NCBI GenBank assembly: GCA_963740615.1 | Contig: CAVUEZ010000002.1 | Span: 53,463-117,462 of the forward strand | Direction of reading: 5' to 3' | DNA: 64,000 nt | DNA from: Terriglobia bacterium | Lineage (GTDB): Bacteria; Acidobacteriota; Terriglobia; Terriglobales; Acidobacteriaceae | In this document: positions 49,086 to 61,798 of the stretch, piece by piece | Position numbering within the stretch: the first letter of the stretch is position 1 | Layout of the letters: every line of letters starts with the position of its first letter | Notes under the pieces: model-generated | Seen by the model: the letters and a program-made list of their open reading frames with translations, nothing else | Told to the model about the DNA's origin: nothing | Databases searched by the model: none | Translations under genes and position numbers: made by a program

Positions 49086-51644
49086 ATGTCTGATTTCACA
49101 CGTTCGGGGTACAGCACAGTCTTGGCCGTACGCAAGAATCAGGGTGGATGGCGAAATTACCGCACTGCCCTGGTTCTGCTTGTCATTTTCCTCTACACCA
49201 TCGGCGCCGCCGCGGCGGCCAAACTGGGCGGAGGTCTCGCCCAGCAGTTGGCGACAGCCGGAGCCGCCGACCAACTGGAAGTTATCGTCACCTTCCAGGG
49301 TGACACGGTCAGCGCCGGCCAGATCGCTTCGGTGAAGGCGCTAGGCATCAGCCACGGGCTGGTGATGCAGGCCCTGCCCATCATGGGGGTGCTGGCCACC
49401 CCGGCGCAGATCAACGGCCTGGCGCAGCTTTCCGGTGTGCGCTCCCTGTGGGCCAACCAGCAATTGCGGTACTTCAATTATGAAACTCGCAACCTGACCG
49501 GAGTGGAGCGCGTGCGTACCGACCCGGTGATGATCCAGCGCAATAACGGCATTCCCTACTCCGGCGCGGGAGTAACGGTGGAGGTGAATGACACCGGCAT
49601 CGATGCCACCCACTCCGATCTTCAGTTTGGCACCCACGTAATCCAGAACGTGCAGGGCGCAACCAATCTTCATGCGCTGGACGACATGCTGCCCATCACC
49701 TACCTGGAGAACCAGCAGGACACCGATACCGCCGGTCACGGGACGCACGTGGCAGGCACGGTGGGCGGAACGGGCGCGCGTTCCGGCGGCAAATATGCGG
49801 GCGCGGCTCCGGGAGCGAACCTGGTGGGCTACGGTTCGGGCGCGGTGATCTTCGTGCTGGACGGCGTCGGCGGCTTCGATTACGCCATCGTGCACCAGCC
49901 GCAGCAGCGCACGCGCGTGATTACCAATTCCTTTGGCGCCATCGATCCGACCTTTGATCCCGACGATCCGCTGGTGGTGGCCGGCTACGAGGCCTACAAG
50001 CACGGCATGGTGGTGGTGTTCGCGGCGGGCAATGAAGGCCCGGGCGTGGACACCCTGAACCCCTACTGCAAGGCGCCGTGGGTGGTGTGCGTGGCGGCAT
50101 CGAACAAGCAAGGGCAACTGAGCGAATTCTCCTCGCGCGGCTTGCAGGGCGATTCCACCAATTTCACCGAGGAGGGCACGAATTGGACGCTGCTCAACCA
50201 GCCGACGATCACCGCGCCGGGTGAGTACATTATTTCCACCCGCGCCACGGGAGAAACGAACTCCTATATCGCCGGCGAGGCCGGAGCGGATGTGGACGCG
50301 GCGATGATCGAGCCCGCGTACCTTCCCTTCTATACGGTGTTGACCGGAACCTCGCAGGCGACGCCGCACGTGGCCGGCATTATCGCCCTGATGCTCGAGG
50401 CCAATCCCAAGCTGGGGCCGCTGGAAGTGAAGTCCATCCTGCAGCAGACGGCCACCAACATGCCGGGCCGGGCGGTGTGGGAAGCCGGCGCAGGCCTGGT
50501 GAACGCCTATGCGGCGGTGGATCGGGCGGCGCGCACCACGGCCGCGTACGGCAAGACGGTGAACACGCAGCGCAGCTTCAACAGCAGCGTCAACGTTCAA
50601 ATTACCAAGAGCACTTTCAGTATCGACTACAACCCGATCGCGTCGCAGTCGGCGACCGGCAATACCTACACCTTCACCGTGCCGCCCAATACGACCCAGG
50701 TGGTGGTAAACGCGCAGGCGCTGGGGGTACAGAACGGAGTGCAGGACACGGGCAATCCGATCGACATGTTCCTGATCGCGCCCGATGGCACGCAATATGA
50801 ATCGGCGGTGCCGGTGGCCTTCAGCCTGTACACCGGGCGTTCGGTGCTGGCCGAGGCGCCTCAACCGGGACAATGGCAGGTCTACCTGCAGGCGCTGGTG
50901 CAGGAGCAGGGCGTCGATGTCTCCACCGTCCCGGAGACGGTAAACGGGCTGATCTTCATCAACCAGGCATCGGGGACCTCGGGGCTGAGCGACGTCACCG
51001 GAACCAACGATCCCAATGCGGCAGCCATCGAGATGGCGGTGGGCAACCGGCTGATGGATGGCCTGCCCGGCGGGGTCTTCCGTCCTTACGACGACCTGCT
51101 GCGCATTGACCTGGCGAACTACCTGGCGATGGGCAACCTGGTCCGCCAGTACCTGCCGATCACCGGCGTGCCGACGTTCAGCGACGTCAGCGGCGCCAGC
51201 GCAACCGCGTTCGCCGAGTCGGTTGCGGCGCAAGGCGCGGCCACACGCGACATGTTCTTCCAGGCCCGCGGGGTAATGCTGCCCACCGGTCCGGGACTGT
51301 TTTCACCCACCGACAGTGTGCATCGTTACGAACTGGCCTATTCGCTGGTGCAAAGCCTGGGACAGGAATCGCAGGCTCTGCAGCAGAATGGGCAGCAGGT
51401 AACGGTGGTGTACCAGGGACAACGCATTCCGGTGGACGACGCGGGGCAGATCCCGGCCGGCTACGCGGGCTACGTGCAACTGGCGCTCGATCTGAACCTG
51501 ATGAACGCGTATTTCTCCCTGGTCCAGGGGCCATTCGATTTGCAGCCGACGATCCATGCCACGTTCCGGCCGGCGCAGGTGGTGCCGCGCGTGGAATACG
51601 CCGTGGCTGCCGACCGCTTCCTGGCTGCGTTCCAAGCGCAGTAG
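49086..51644 (+). CDS. S8-family subtilisin-like serine peptidase with C-terminal SLH-like repeats
   Basis: Catalytic triad contexts VNDTGIDATHSDL, GHGTHVAGTVGG and GTSQATPHVAG. C-terminal FSDV...A....A segments resemble S-layer homology domains. Confidence 0.85.
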   Translation: MSDFTRSGYSTVLAVRKNQGGWRNYRTALVLLVIFLYTIGAAAAAKLGGGLAQQLATAGAADQLEVIVTFQGDTVSAGQIASVKALGISHGLVMQALPIMGVLATPAQINGLAQLSGVRSLWANQQLRYFNYETRNLTGVERVRTDPVMIQRNNGIPYSGAGVTVEVNDTGIDATHSDLQFGTHVIQNVQGATNLHALDDMLPITYLENQQDTDTAGHGTHVAGTVGGTGARSGGKYAGAAPGANLVGYGSGAVIFVLDGVGGFDYAIVHQPQQRTRVITNSFGAIDPTFDPDDPLVVAGYEAYKHGMVVVFAAGNEGPGVDTLNPYCKAPWVVCVAASNKQGQLSEFSSRGLQGDSTNFTEEGTNWTLLNQPTITAPGEYIISTRATGETNSYIAGEAGADVDAAMIEPAYLPFYTVLTGTSQATPHVAGIIALMLEANPKLGPLEVKSILQQTATNMPGRAVWEAGAGLVNAYAAVDRAARTTAAYGKTVNTQRSFNSSVNVQITKSTFSIDYNPIASQSATGNTYTFTVPPNTTQVVVNAQALGVQNGVQDTGNPIDMFLIAPDGTQYESAVPVAFSLYTGRSVLAEAPQPGQWQVYLQALVQEQGVDVSTVPETVNGLIFINQASGTSGLSDVTGTNDPNAAAIEMAVGNRLMDGLPGGVFRPYDDLLRIDLANYLAMGNLVRQYLPITGVPTFSDVSGASATAFAESVAAQGAATRDMFFQARGVMLPTGPGLFSPTDSVHRYELAYSLVQSLGQESQALQQNGQQVTVVYQGQRIPVDDAGQIPAGYAGYVQLALDLNLMNAYFSLVQGPFDLQPTIHATFRPAQVVPRVEYAVAADRFLAAFQAQ

Positions 51645-51767
51645 CAGGAGCCGGGGCCGTTCGGGCGCGATCTCCTGGCGAGATCGCCGCCCGGACGGCG
51701 GTGAAGACCGTACGAGCCCTGGAATCGCACCGGCCGCAAATCCGGGCGGATTCCGAAGGAGAACGAA

Positions 51768-54125
51768 ATGCGCGGCATCGGTATTGTTCTTTCGGCGTTC
51801 TTGTTTGCTCTAGTGGGAGTTGGAATGGCAAACGCCGCTCCCTCCCTCGATTCCAAACTTCTTACCGCGGTGAGCGCCAATCCGCTTGGCTCGACCGCGG
51901 TTGTCATCACCTATGACCACCAGCCGACCAGCTCCGATCTAGCCGCGCTGCAACTGCTGGGCATCCGCGGCGGCGTAACGCTGAAGCAGCTTCCCATCGT
52001 GCTGACGGCGATCAACCAGGCACAACTGAACGCATTGAGCACGCGCTCCGGCATCCTCTCGCTGTATGCCAATCGCATGCAGCAGCCGATGACCAACGCC
52101 AGCCGCACCTTCATTGGGGTGACCCAGTTGCGCGAAGATGCGGAGCTGACGGCGGCCAACAACGGTTTGCCTTTCTATGGCAACGGCGTGGGCGTGGCGG
52201 TGATCGACACCGGCATCGACGCCACCCATCAGGACCTGCAGCTTGGACAGACGGTGCAGCAGAACGTCTCCATGCCGCTGGTGGAAGCCTCGGTGGCGGC
52301 TGACTGCCCGGCGGCGGTGGGCGGCGATCTGGGCGTGGCCGCACCGGGGATCGATCTCGACCTGGGCTTCGCCGGGCCGGTGTACGTGGAGAACGCACCG
52401 CTCTCGGACCTGGAAGGCGGCCACGGCACCTTCGTTTCCGGAGTGATCGCGGGCAGCGGGCAGGCGTCCGGCGATTACTATGGCGGCATGGCGCCGGGCG
52501 CGGGGCTGGTGGGCGTGGTCGCCGGCAACGAATGCGGCCTGCCCACGTTCGGAATCCTGCAGGCCTATGACTATGTGCTGGTCAACCAGGCGAAGTACCA
52601 CATTCGCGTGGCTAACAACTCCTGGGGCAGCACGCTGGCCAGCACGCCCTATGATCCTTTCGATCCCATCAACGTCGCCACCCGCAACCTGCACGACCGC
52701 AACATCATGGTGGTGTTTGCGGCAGGCAATTCGGGTGACGTTCCCGGCGCCATCAATCCTTATTCCACGGCGCCGTGGGTCATCTCGGTGGCGGCCGGAC
52801 AGAAGCGCGATCTGGGCACGCCTGCCGACTTTTCTTCCCGCGGCGAAGATGATGGGACGGGGACCGACGTTGCCGGTCAGCCTGCCAGCCCCACGGCTCC
52901 GCCAAACTTTCGGCCGGACCTGATCGCGCCCGGGGCCGACATCAAGAGCACGCGCTCCAAAGGCGCGGGCATCACCAACTACGCGGGAACGGTGCCGCTG
53001 TTCGTGGGGGCGGACGACCTGACCACGATTCCTCCGGCGTACCTGCCCTTTTACACCACGTCCCAGGGAACCAGCTTCGCCGCGCCGCATGTGGCGGGCG
53101 TGGCTGCCTTGATGATCCAGGCCAATCCGCGGCTCACGCCGGACGACGTGGTCACCATCCTGCGATCCACCGCCACCCCCATGCCCTACCCCGAGCGGGT
53201 GGTGGGGGCCGGTTACGTCGATGCGCATAACGCGGTTCGTTCCGCGCTGCAGTTGACGGCCGTAGCGCATCCCGCCAATCTGTTTCCTGACGCCAACACG
53301 CCCGAGATCATGGGCATCCCGGGCGACGACCTGGGCACGGCGGCGCAGGATATTCTCTACGGCGATTTCTCCTACGACGCGGCGCAGAACCAGTTGGTGT
53401 ACACGCTCACCATGCTGGATCTGTCGACTACCACCACCAACATGCGCTGGACCATGAGCTCCGACTTCGGGCCGACGACGGTGTTCGTGGGACTCAGCAT
53501 TGATGAAACCGGCGCGCAGCAGTTCGAGTACGGCACCATCGCCCTGGACCCGACCACCAACGTACGCACCCAGACCTCACTCGGGGCGCCGGACGCGGGC
53601 GAAATCCAGGGCAACAGCATCGTCTGGCGGCTGAGCCTGGACAAGCTCAACAGCGCCGTGGGGGGCAACGTTCTGTACACCACCTCCAACAACACCACCG
53701 CCGATGCGTGGCTCAGGATCGGCACCACTCTGACCCCGTCGCTGCTGCTGGACTCGGAGCACGACACCGGGCGCGACTACACCGTGGGAACGCCGCCGCC
53801 GCCTCCACCATCACGGCACAAATCCGACGACGGCGAGTACTGCGAGCGCTTCCCCGGCATGGTGGACGCCGCCACCGGCACGGCCAGCATCCCGGTGAAC
53901 ATCAAGGCTCCCGAGTTGGAAGCGAAGCTCAATTTCCATCCCGGCGACCAGCCACTCACCTTCCAACTGCTGGACGCCGATGGCAACCCGGTGGCTACCG
54001 CCAATGGCTCCAACGGCAAACGGATCCGGACCAGCGGCCTGGCGCCGGGCAATTACATCTACTGGCTCAGCGGCAGCTTGAGCAAGAGCGTGGATTACGT
54101 GGTCAGCAGCTGCCAGGAGCACTGA
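51768..54125 (+). CDS. S8-family subtilisin-like serine peptidase
   Basis: Signal peptide. VIDTGIDATHQDL, GHGTFVSGVIAG and GTSFAAPHVAGVAALM. Confidence 0.85.
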   Translation: MRGIGIVLSAFLFALVGVGMANAAPSLDSKLLTAVSANPLGSTAVVITYDHQPTSSDLAALQLLGIRGGVTLKQLPIVLTAINQAQLNALSTRSGILSLYANRMQQPMTNASRTFIGVTQLREDAELTAANNGLPFYGNGVGVAVIDTGIDATHQDLQLGQTVQQNVSMPLVEASVAADCPAAVGGDLGVAAPGIDLDLGFAGPVYVENAPLSDLEGGHGTFVSGVIAGSGQASGDYYGGMAPGAGLVGVVAGNECGLPTFGILQAYDYVLVNQAKYHIRVANNSWGSTLASTPYDPFDPINVATRNLHDRNIMVVFAAGNSGDVPGAINPYSTAPWVISVAAGQKRDLGTPADFSSRGEDDGTGTDVAGQPASPTAPPNFRPDLIAPGADIKSTRSKGAGITNYAGTVPLFVGADDLTTIPPAYLPFYTTSQGTSFAAPHVAGVAALMIQANPRLTPDDVVTILRSTATPMPYPERVVGAGYVDAHNAVRSALQLTAVAHPANLFPDANTPEIMGIPGDDLGTAAQDILYGDFSYDAAQNQLVYTLTMLDLSTTTTNMRWTMSSDFGPTTVFVGLSIDETGAQQFEYGTIALDPTTNVRTQTSLGAPDAGEIQGNSIVWRLSLDKLNSAVGGNVLYTTSNNTTADAWLRIGTTLTPSLLLDSEHDTGRDYTVGTPPPPPPSRHKSDDGEYCERFPGMVDAATGTASIPVNIKAPELEAKLNFHPGDQPLTFQLLDADGNPVATANGSNGKRIRTSGLAPGNYIYWLSGSLSKSVDYVVSSCQEH

Positions 54126-54373
54126 TGGCGGCGTAGAGGCACATTCGACAGAACAACAACCGAGCGGAAGAGCTGGGCCGTCCCCTGGACGGCCCGATTT
54201 CCTGGCGATGCTCCCGGCATCGGCTGGCTGAAAGTTTCCTGCGTTGTCAATCACACCGGAAAAGTAATAGGCTGGATTTTCCCTGGGGATGTGACGGCAG
54301 TGCGGCGGCGGCGATGCAGCGGGGCTGGTGAGGTCGCCGCCACCTGCCGGCGTTGGGGAGGCTTGGATAGCGC

Positions 54374-56380
54374 ATGGTCCTGGACGCAAGCAAACTCGCC
54401 TCGATCCGTCGCGCGGTAATTCAGAAGGTTGAGCCGGAAACAGATTGCGGACGCTTTCCCATCAAGCGTGTAGTGGGAGAAACGGTGGAGGTCCGGGCCG
54501 ATATTTTCACCGACGGCCACGATGCCGTGCGCGCGGTGCTGCGCCACCGCCCGGCATCGCAGTCTGAATGGGAAGAGCTTCCCCTGGAGCCCTTGGTTAA
54601 CGATAGCTGGCAGGGCGAATTTGAGGTCAGTAAGGAGGGCCGGCACGTCTATACCATCGAGGCATGGGTGGACCACTTTGAATCCTGGCGCCGCGACCTG
54701 GTGAAGAAGGCGTCGGCGGGACAGGACATTGCCGTGGACCTGCTGGTCGGCGTGCAGATGATAGAAGAGGCGGCGCAAAGGGCCGGCAAAGCGGACCGTG
54801 CCCAGTTGGCGGGGTGGGCGGCCACGGTGCGCGGCCTGGATGCCTCGGCGCCCCAACCGGCGGTGGCGAAGGCGACCAGCTCCGAGCTGGCGCGGCTGAT
54901 GGAGCGCAATCCCGACCGCTCGCGCGCCACCACTCACCGCGAGCTGGCGGTGGTGGTGGAGCGCGAGCGGGCGCGTTTCAGCTCCTGGTACGAGATGTTT
55001 CCGCGCTCGGCCGCCCTCCGCGAGCATGAACACGGAACATTCCAGGACATGGAGAAGATGCTGCCCTACGTGGCGGAGATGGGTTTCGATGTCCTGTACT
55101 TCCCGCCCATTCATCCCATCGGGCGCATCAATCGTAAGGGCAAGAACAATACGGAACGCGCCGCCCAGGGCGAGGCGGGAAGCCCGTGGGGAATCGGCGC
55201 CGCCGAGGGCGGGCACACCGCCATTCATCCGCAACTGGGCACGCTGGAGGATTTCAAGCGGCTGCTGGCGCGGGCCAAGGAGTTCGGCATCGAGGTGGCC
55301 CTGGACATCGCGTATCAGTGCGCGCCGGACCATCCTTACGTGAAGCAGCACCGCGATTGGTTTCGCATCCGGCCCGATGGAGCGGTGCAGTACGCGGAGA
55401 ACCCGCCAAAAAAGTACCAGGACATCTACCCGCTGAATTTCGAATCCGGCGGCAGCCGCGAACTTTGTGAAGAGTTGAAGAATGTGGTTCTGTACTGGGC
55501 CGAGCAGGGAGTGCGGATTTTTCGCGTGGACAATCCGCACACCAAGCCGTTCGATTTCTGGGAGTGGCTGATTGCGGAGGTCCAGCGCCGCTATCCCGAC
55601 GCGCTCTTCCTGGCGGAGGCTTTTACCCGCCCCAAGCTGATGTACGAGCTGGCCAAGCGCGGCTTCACCCAGTCCTACACCTATTTCGCCTGGCGCAACA
55701 CCAAGTGGGAGCTGACCGAGTACTTCACGGAGCTGACCAGGACCGAGGTGCGCGAATACTTCCGTCCCAACCTGTGGCCGAACACGCCGGACATTCTGAC
55801 CGAATTTCTGCAGTTCGCCGGCCGCCCGTCGTTCGCCATCCGGCTGGCGCTGGCGGCGACGCTGGGCGCCAATTACGGCATCTACGGGCCGGCCTTCGAG
55901 CTGATGGAGAACCGGCCGCTGCGTCCCGGCAGCGAGGAGTACCTGAACTCGGAGAAATATGAGATCCGCAACTGGGACATCCGCCGCGGCGACAGCCTCA
56001 AGGACCTGATCGCGCGCGTCAACCAGATCCGGCGCGAAAACCGTCCGCTGCAGAGCGACCGCAATCTGCGCTTCCACCCCGTGGACAACGACCAGCTCAT
56101 CGCCTACAGCAAGACGGGGAGCGATTCGTCGGAGGTGATCGTGGTGGTGGTCAATCTCGATCCTCACCACGTGCAGAGCGGCTGGCTGGAGCTGCCGCTG
56201 GAAAGCTTCCACCTGGACCCGCAGCAGCCTTACCAGATGCACGACCTGCTCAGCAACGCCCGCTATCTGTGGCAGGGAACGCGCAACTACGTCGAACTGC
56301 GTCCCCAGGAAAGCCCGGCCCACATTTTCCGTTTACGCCGCCACCTCCGCCGGGAGCAGGATTTTGATTACTTCATGTGA
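54374..56380 (+). CDS. glgE: Alpha-1,4-glucan:maltose-1-phosphate maltosyltransferase
   Basis: VEPETDCGRFPIKRVVGETVEVRADIFTDGHD..., WYEMFPRS, FRVDNPHTKPF and YFRPNLWPNTPDIL are hallmark GlgE segments. Confidence 0.9.
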   Translation: MVLDASKLASIRRAVIQKVEPETDCGRFPIKRVVGETVEVRADIFTDGHDAVRAVLRHRPASQSEWEELPLEPLVNDSWQGEFEVSKEGRHVYTIEAWVDHFESWRRDLVKKASAGQDIAVDLLVGVQMIEEAAQRAGKADRAQLAGWAATVRGLDASAPQPAVAKATSSELARLMERNPDRSRATTHRELAVVVERERARFSSWYEMFPRSAALREHEHGTFQDMEKMLPYVAEMGFDVLYFPPIHPIGRINRKGKNNTERAAQGEAGSPWGIGAAEGGHTAIHPQLGTLEDFKRLLARAKEFGIEVALDIAYQCAPDHPYVKQHRDWFRIRPDGAVQYAENPPKKYQDIYPLNFESGGSRELCEELKNVVLYWAEQGVRIFRVDNPHTKPFDFWEWLIAEVQRRYPDALFLAEAFTRPKLMYELAKRGFTQSYTYFAWRNTKWELTEYFTELTRTEVREYFRPNLWPNTPDILTEFLQFAGRPSFAIRLALAATLGANYGIYGPAFELMENRPLRPGSEEYLNSEKYEIRNWDIRRGDSLKDLIARVNQIRRENRPLQSDRNLRFHPVDNDQLIAYSKTGSDSSEVIVVVVNLDPHHVQSGWLELPLESFHLDPQQPYQMHDLLSNARYLWQGTRNYVELRPQESPAHIFRLRRHLRREQDFDYFM

Positions 56381-56422
56381 CGCGGCGGCCCGCGGCCGCG
56401 CGCAAAAGGAGACGGTGCAACC

Positions 56423-58063
<1,641 letters not shown>

Positions 58064-58100
58064 GGCGGGGAGGAAAGAAAGGGCAAACTGGAGGGAGCTT

Positions 58101-59541
58101 TTGGCCGAGCAGATCGTGCTCTCGGATGATTTTCTACGCCAGTTGATGAACGTGGGCGCGGTGGATCTGCTGGTGGCCGTTCCGACGCACAACGACAGCA
58201 AGATTGTCGGCCAGGTAGTGCAGGCCGTACGTATCGGGCTGCTCAAGTACTTCCCGCGCGACCGCGCCGTGCTCATCAACACCGACGCCGGCTCCCGCGA
58301 CGATAGCGCCCAGGCAGTATTCCAGGCGGCCATGGCGTCGCTTCCGGCGGAGGCGGGCGTGCAATCGCTGCGCACCTTCCACGCCGTCAACGTCAGTTAC
58401 GGCGAACATTCGGAAACGCCCTCGGCGCTGCCGCTGCTGATGGCGGCCGCCGACCTGCTGCAGGCCAAGGCGTGCGCCGTGGTATCTCCCTCGGAGCACG
58501 TGGGGCCGGACTGGGTTCAACGCCTGCTCCATCCCATCTATTCCGACGATTTCGCACCTGGTCGCGCCTCTCTACCGCCGCCACAAGTTCGACGGCCTGC
58601 TCATCAAGATGCTGCTCTACCCCATGGTCCGGGCGATCTACGGCAAGAGAATCCGGGAGCCGTACGCGACGGACTTCAGCTTTTCCGGCCGCCTGGGCGC
58701 CGACTTGCTCGCCAGCCAAGGCTGGCAGCCGGAACCGGGCGACATGGGAGAAGAGTTGTGGCTCAGCAGCTCGGCCATCGCCGGACAGTACCCTGTATGC
58801 GAGGTTTTCCTGGGGGCGAAGGCGGCGGAGAAGAGTTCCGACCTGGTGGACGTGATGCGCCAGACGGTGGGCACGCTGTTTGCCTCCCTCGACGCCAACC
58901 AGGCGCGCTGGCAGGCCGTCCAGGGTTCGGAAGCGGTTCCGACGGTGGGCGGAAACGCGGAGATCACCACCGAACCGCTGCGGGTGAATCGCAAGCGCCT
59001 GTACGAGATGTTTCACACCGGTGTGACCGAACTACAGCCGGTTCTCTCCACCATCCTGACGGCCAAAACCCTGGCCGACCTTACCGCCTGCGCGGGACGC
59101 GCGGAAGAGCAGCCCTGCTTCCCTGACGAGTTGTGGGCGAGGGCGGTGTACGAGTTCGCCGCCTCCTATCACAAGGCCGTGATCAGCCGGGACCACATCC
59201 TTCAGGCGCTGGTCCCGCTCTATCGCGGCAAGGTTTATGAGTTCTTGACCCAGAACCGCCAAGCCACCGCGGAGGAGATGGAAGCGCGCCTGGAAGCGCT
59301 TTGCGTGGCCTTTGAGCGGTTGAAATCGTACCTGCTGCAGTTGTGGAATGCGCAGGAAGGAGCGTCGTATGAAGGAAATGATCCTCCAAGAGCTGAGCCA
59401 GGCGTGGACCGGACTGGCGAAGGGGTTCGCACATCTGGTGCCACGGCTGATCGTGATGCTGATCGTGATAGTCGCAGGATGGCTTATCGCCGCCGCGTTC
59501 CGGGCGCTGGTGCGCGGCATCCTGCGTATCAGCCGCTTTGA
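58101..59541 (+). CDS. Glycosyltransferase-like protein (frameshift near 58555; 3' end uncertain)
   Basis: N-terminal DLLVAVPTHNDSKIVGQVVQAVRIGLLKYFPRDRAVLINTDAGSRDDS resembles nucleotide-sugar GT-A enzymes. The reading continues as DLVAPLYRRHKFDGLLIKMLLYPMVRAIYG in the 58609 frame. The apparent stop at 59541 overlaps the next gene by about 170 nt. Confidence 0.5.
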
Positions 59542-60073
59542 GCGCCTGTCGGAAAACGCGGGGACGGCGCGCCTGCTGAACAAGGCCGCCCTGCCCTCCT
59601 CCAGCGAATTGCTGAGCGCATTCGTCTTCTGGATCACCTGGCTGGGCTTCATCCTGATGGGGATCAGCAGCCTCGGCTTCGGGCTCCAGGCGCATATCTC
59701 GCGCCTCTTCCTTTATCTGCCGCAGGTGCTGGTGGCGCTGCTTATCGTCCTGTTCGGCCTGGCGGCGGCAAGCTTCTTCTCGCGCGCGGCTCTGCTGGCC
59801 GCCGTCAATGCCAACTGGCGTTCGCCGCGGCTGATCAGCAGCGCGGTGCGCTTCGCCATGATTGTCCTTGCCCTGGCCATGGCTTTCGAGCAGCTTGGGC
59901 TGGCCGAACAGACCATTCTCGCCGCCTTCTCCATCCTGTTTGGCGCCTTGATGCTGGGCCTGGCTATCGCCTTTGGCCTGGGAGGAAAAGACCTGGCGCG
60001 TCGTGTTCTGGAACGGCGCTTCGCCGCCGAGGAGTCCGAGCACGAGCGAGAAGACGAGCTCTCGCCCCTGTAA
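59369..60073 (+). CDS. Membrane protein with conserved-TM-helix repeats (MscS-N-terminal-like)
   Basis: Four to five hydrophobic helices and an acidic tail. ATG 59369 has an AGGAAGGAG RBS. Confidence 0.55.
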   Translation: MKEMILQELSQAWTGLAKGFAHLVPRLIVMLIVIVAGWLIAAAFRALVRGILRISRFERLSENAGTARLLNKAALPSSSELLSAFVFWITWLGFILMGISSLGFGLQAHISRLFLYLPQVLVALLIVLFGLAAASFFSRAALLAAVNANWRSPRLISSAVRFAMIVLALAMAFEQLGLAEQTILAAFSILFGALMLGLAIAFGLGGKDLARRVLERRFAAEESEHEREDELSPL

Positions 60074-60123
60074 ACGGCAGGCAATCGACAAACCCCCACC
60101 GGCAGTAAAAGGACTTCCTTTTT

Positions 60124-61733
60124 GTGCCTGCGGTCAACTTAGACCGGCTGCTCTCCGCCCGCTCCCGCCTGCAGGAGCAGTTGCCGGAGTTCATTCGCGC
60201 CCGCCGATGGTTTGGCGGCAAGGCACGTCCCATGCAGGGCGTAGATATCGTGGACACGATTGTCTTTGACGCCGCCGAGCGGGCCTGCTTCCTGCTGGTC
60301 CGCGTGCGCTACCAGGCCGGACCCGCCGAAACCTACTCCGTGCCGCTGATTGAGGCCACCGGGACGGCGGAAATTCCCCCGTCTGCTCCGCATCTGCGAG
60401 TGTTGGCGGAAGATGGGGCTGAAATGGTCCTCTACGACGCCACTTCGAGCGCGCCCTTCCTGGAGTCGCTGCTCGAGTCCATCCGCGAACAACGATCGTT
60501 TCCGGGGCAGCGCGGGCGCCTGCGCGCGGCGCACACCCCGGCGCTGGCCGCGCTGGCGCCCTCCGGCACGCCCCTGCCGCCGAAACTCATGCGGGCGGAA
60601 CAGAGCAACAGCTCGGTGGCCTACGGAGACCGCCTGATTCTGAAACTCTTTCGCCGTTTGGAAGAGGGGGAAAATCCCGACCTGGAGATCGGACGCTTTC
60701 TCACCGAAAAGACCGGCTTTCGCAATCTGCCGCCGTTGGCAGGCTACCTGGATTATGGCGAAGACGGCTCCCGCATGAGCCTGGCCATGCTGCAAAGTTT
60801 CGTTCCCAACCGCGGGGATGCCTGGGAGTTCACCCTGCAAGCCGTGCAGCAGTTTCTCGGGCGGGCGTTGCACGTGCCCGGTCCTCCTCCGCCGGCGATG
60901 CCTGCGCTATCGCTGCCCCAGTTGGCGGCACATGACCTTCCGCCGCTGGCGCGGCAACTGATCGGCGATTACCTGGATTCGGCGCGCCTGCTCGGCCGGC
61001 GCACCGCGGAACTGCACCTCGCACTGGCCGGCTCCCGCGGGGACCCGGCATTCGATCCCGAACCGTTCGCCCCCGCCGACCAGCAAGCGCTCTGCGCAAG
61101 CACGCTGGAGCTATTGCGCATCAGCTTCCGTTTGTTGCGGCAGCAGTTATCTGCGCTGCCGGCCGCCATGCAGAAGGAGGCGCGGCAAGCGCTGGAGCTG
61201 CAGCCGCGGTTGGAACGCCGGTTGCGATTCATGGAAACGCGGCCGCTGACCGCCCAGCGCACGCGCATCCATGGCGACTACCATCTGGGGCAGGTGCTGG
61301 TCAGCGGCGATGACTTCTTCATCATCGATTTCGAGGGTGAGCCAGGCCCGTTCGCTGGCCGAGCGCCGCCGCAAGCGCTCTCCCCTGCAGGAACGTCGCC
61401 GGCATGTTGCGTTCCTTCCATTACGCCGCCTACTCGCCCCTGCTGGGCGACGCGTCAGCCGGCAGTCCCGTGCCCCTGGAGATGGCCGAGCCTTGGGCCT
61501 ATTGCTGGCAGCAGTGGGTGTCAGCGGCGTTTCTGCGCAGCTATCTGCGCACCTCCGGCGCAGCCAGTTATGTTCCCCGCGAACCCCAAGAACTGGCGGC
61601 GCTGCTGGACACCCACCTCATCGAGAAAGCCGTCTATGAGCTTGGATACGAGCTCAATAATCGCCCTTCGTGGGTCCGTATCCCGCTGAGTGGCATCCTG
61701 CAGTTTGCCGGCGCGGGAGCACCGAACTCCTAA
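60124..61733 (+). CDS. mak: Maltokinase (Mak/Pep2); two frameshifts near 61345 and 61392
   Basis: LPEFIRARRWFGGKARPM N-terminus and the kinase core RIHGDYHLGQVLVSGDDFFIIDFEGEP. The continuations ARSLAERRRKRSPLQ and DVAGMLRSFHYAAY...LIEKAVYELGYELNNRPSWVRIPL lie in the other two frames. Confidence 0.8.
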
Positions 61734-61798
61734 GCCGATCAAGACGGTATTTTTTTGCTTTCCTGGCGGGCGCCTCTCACCCGGCATCGCCGCGCGCG

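Noticed and set aside
54251-56323. 690-aa minus-strand ORF
   Set aside because: Antisense shadow of glgE.
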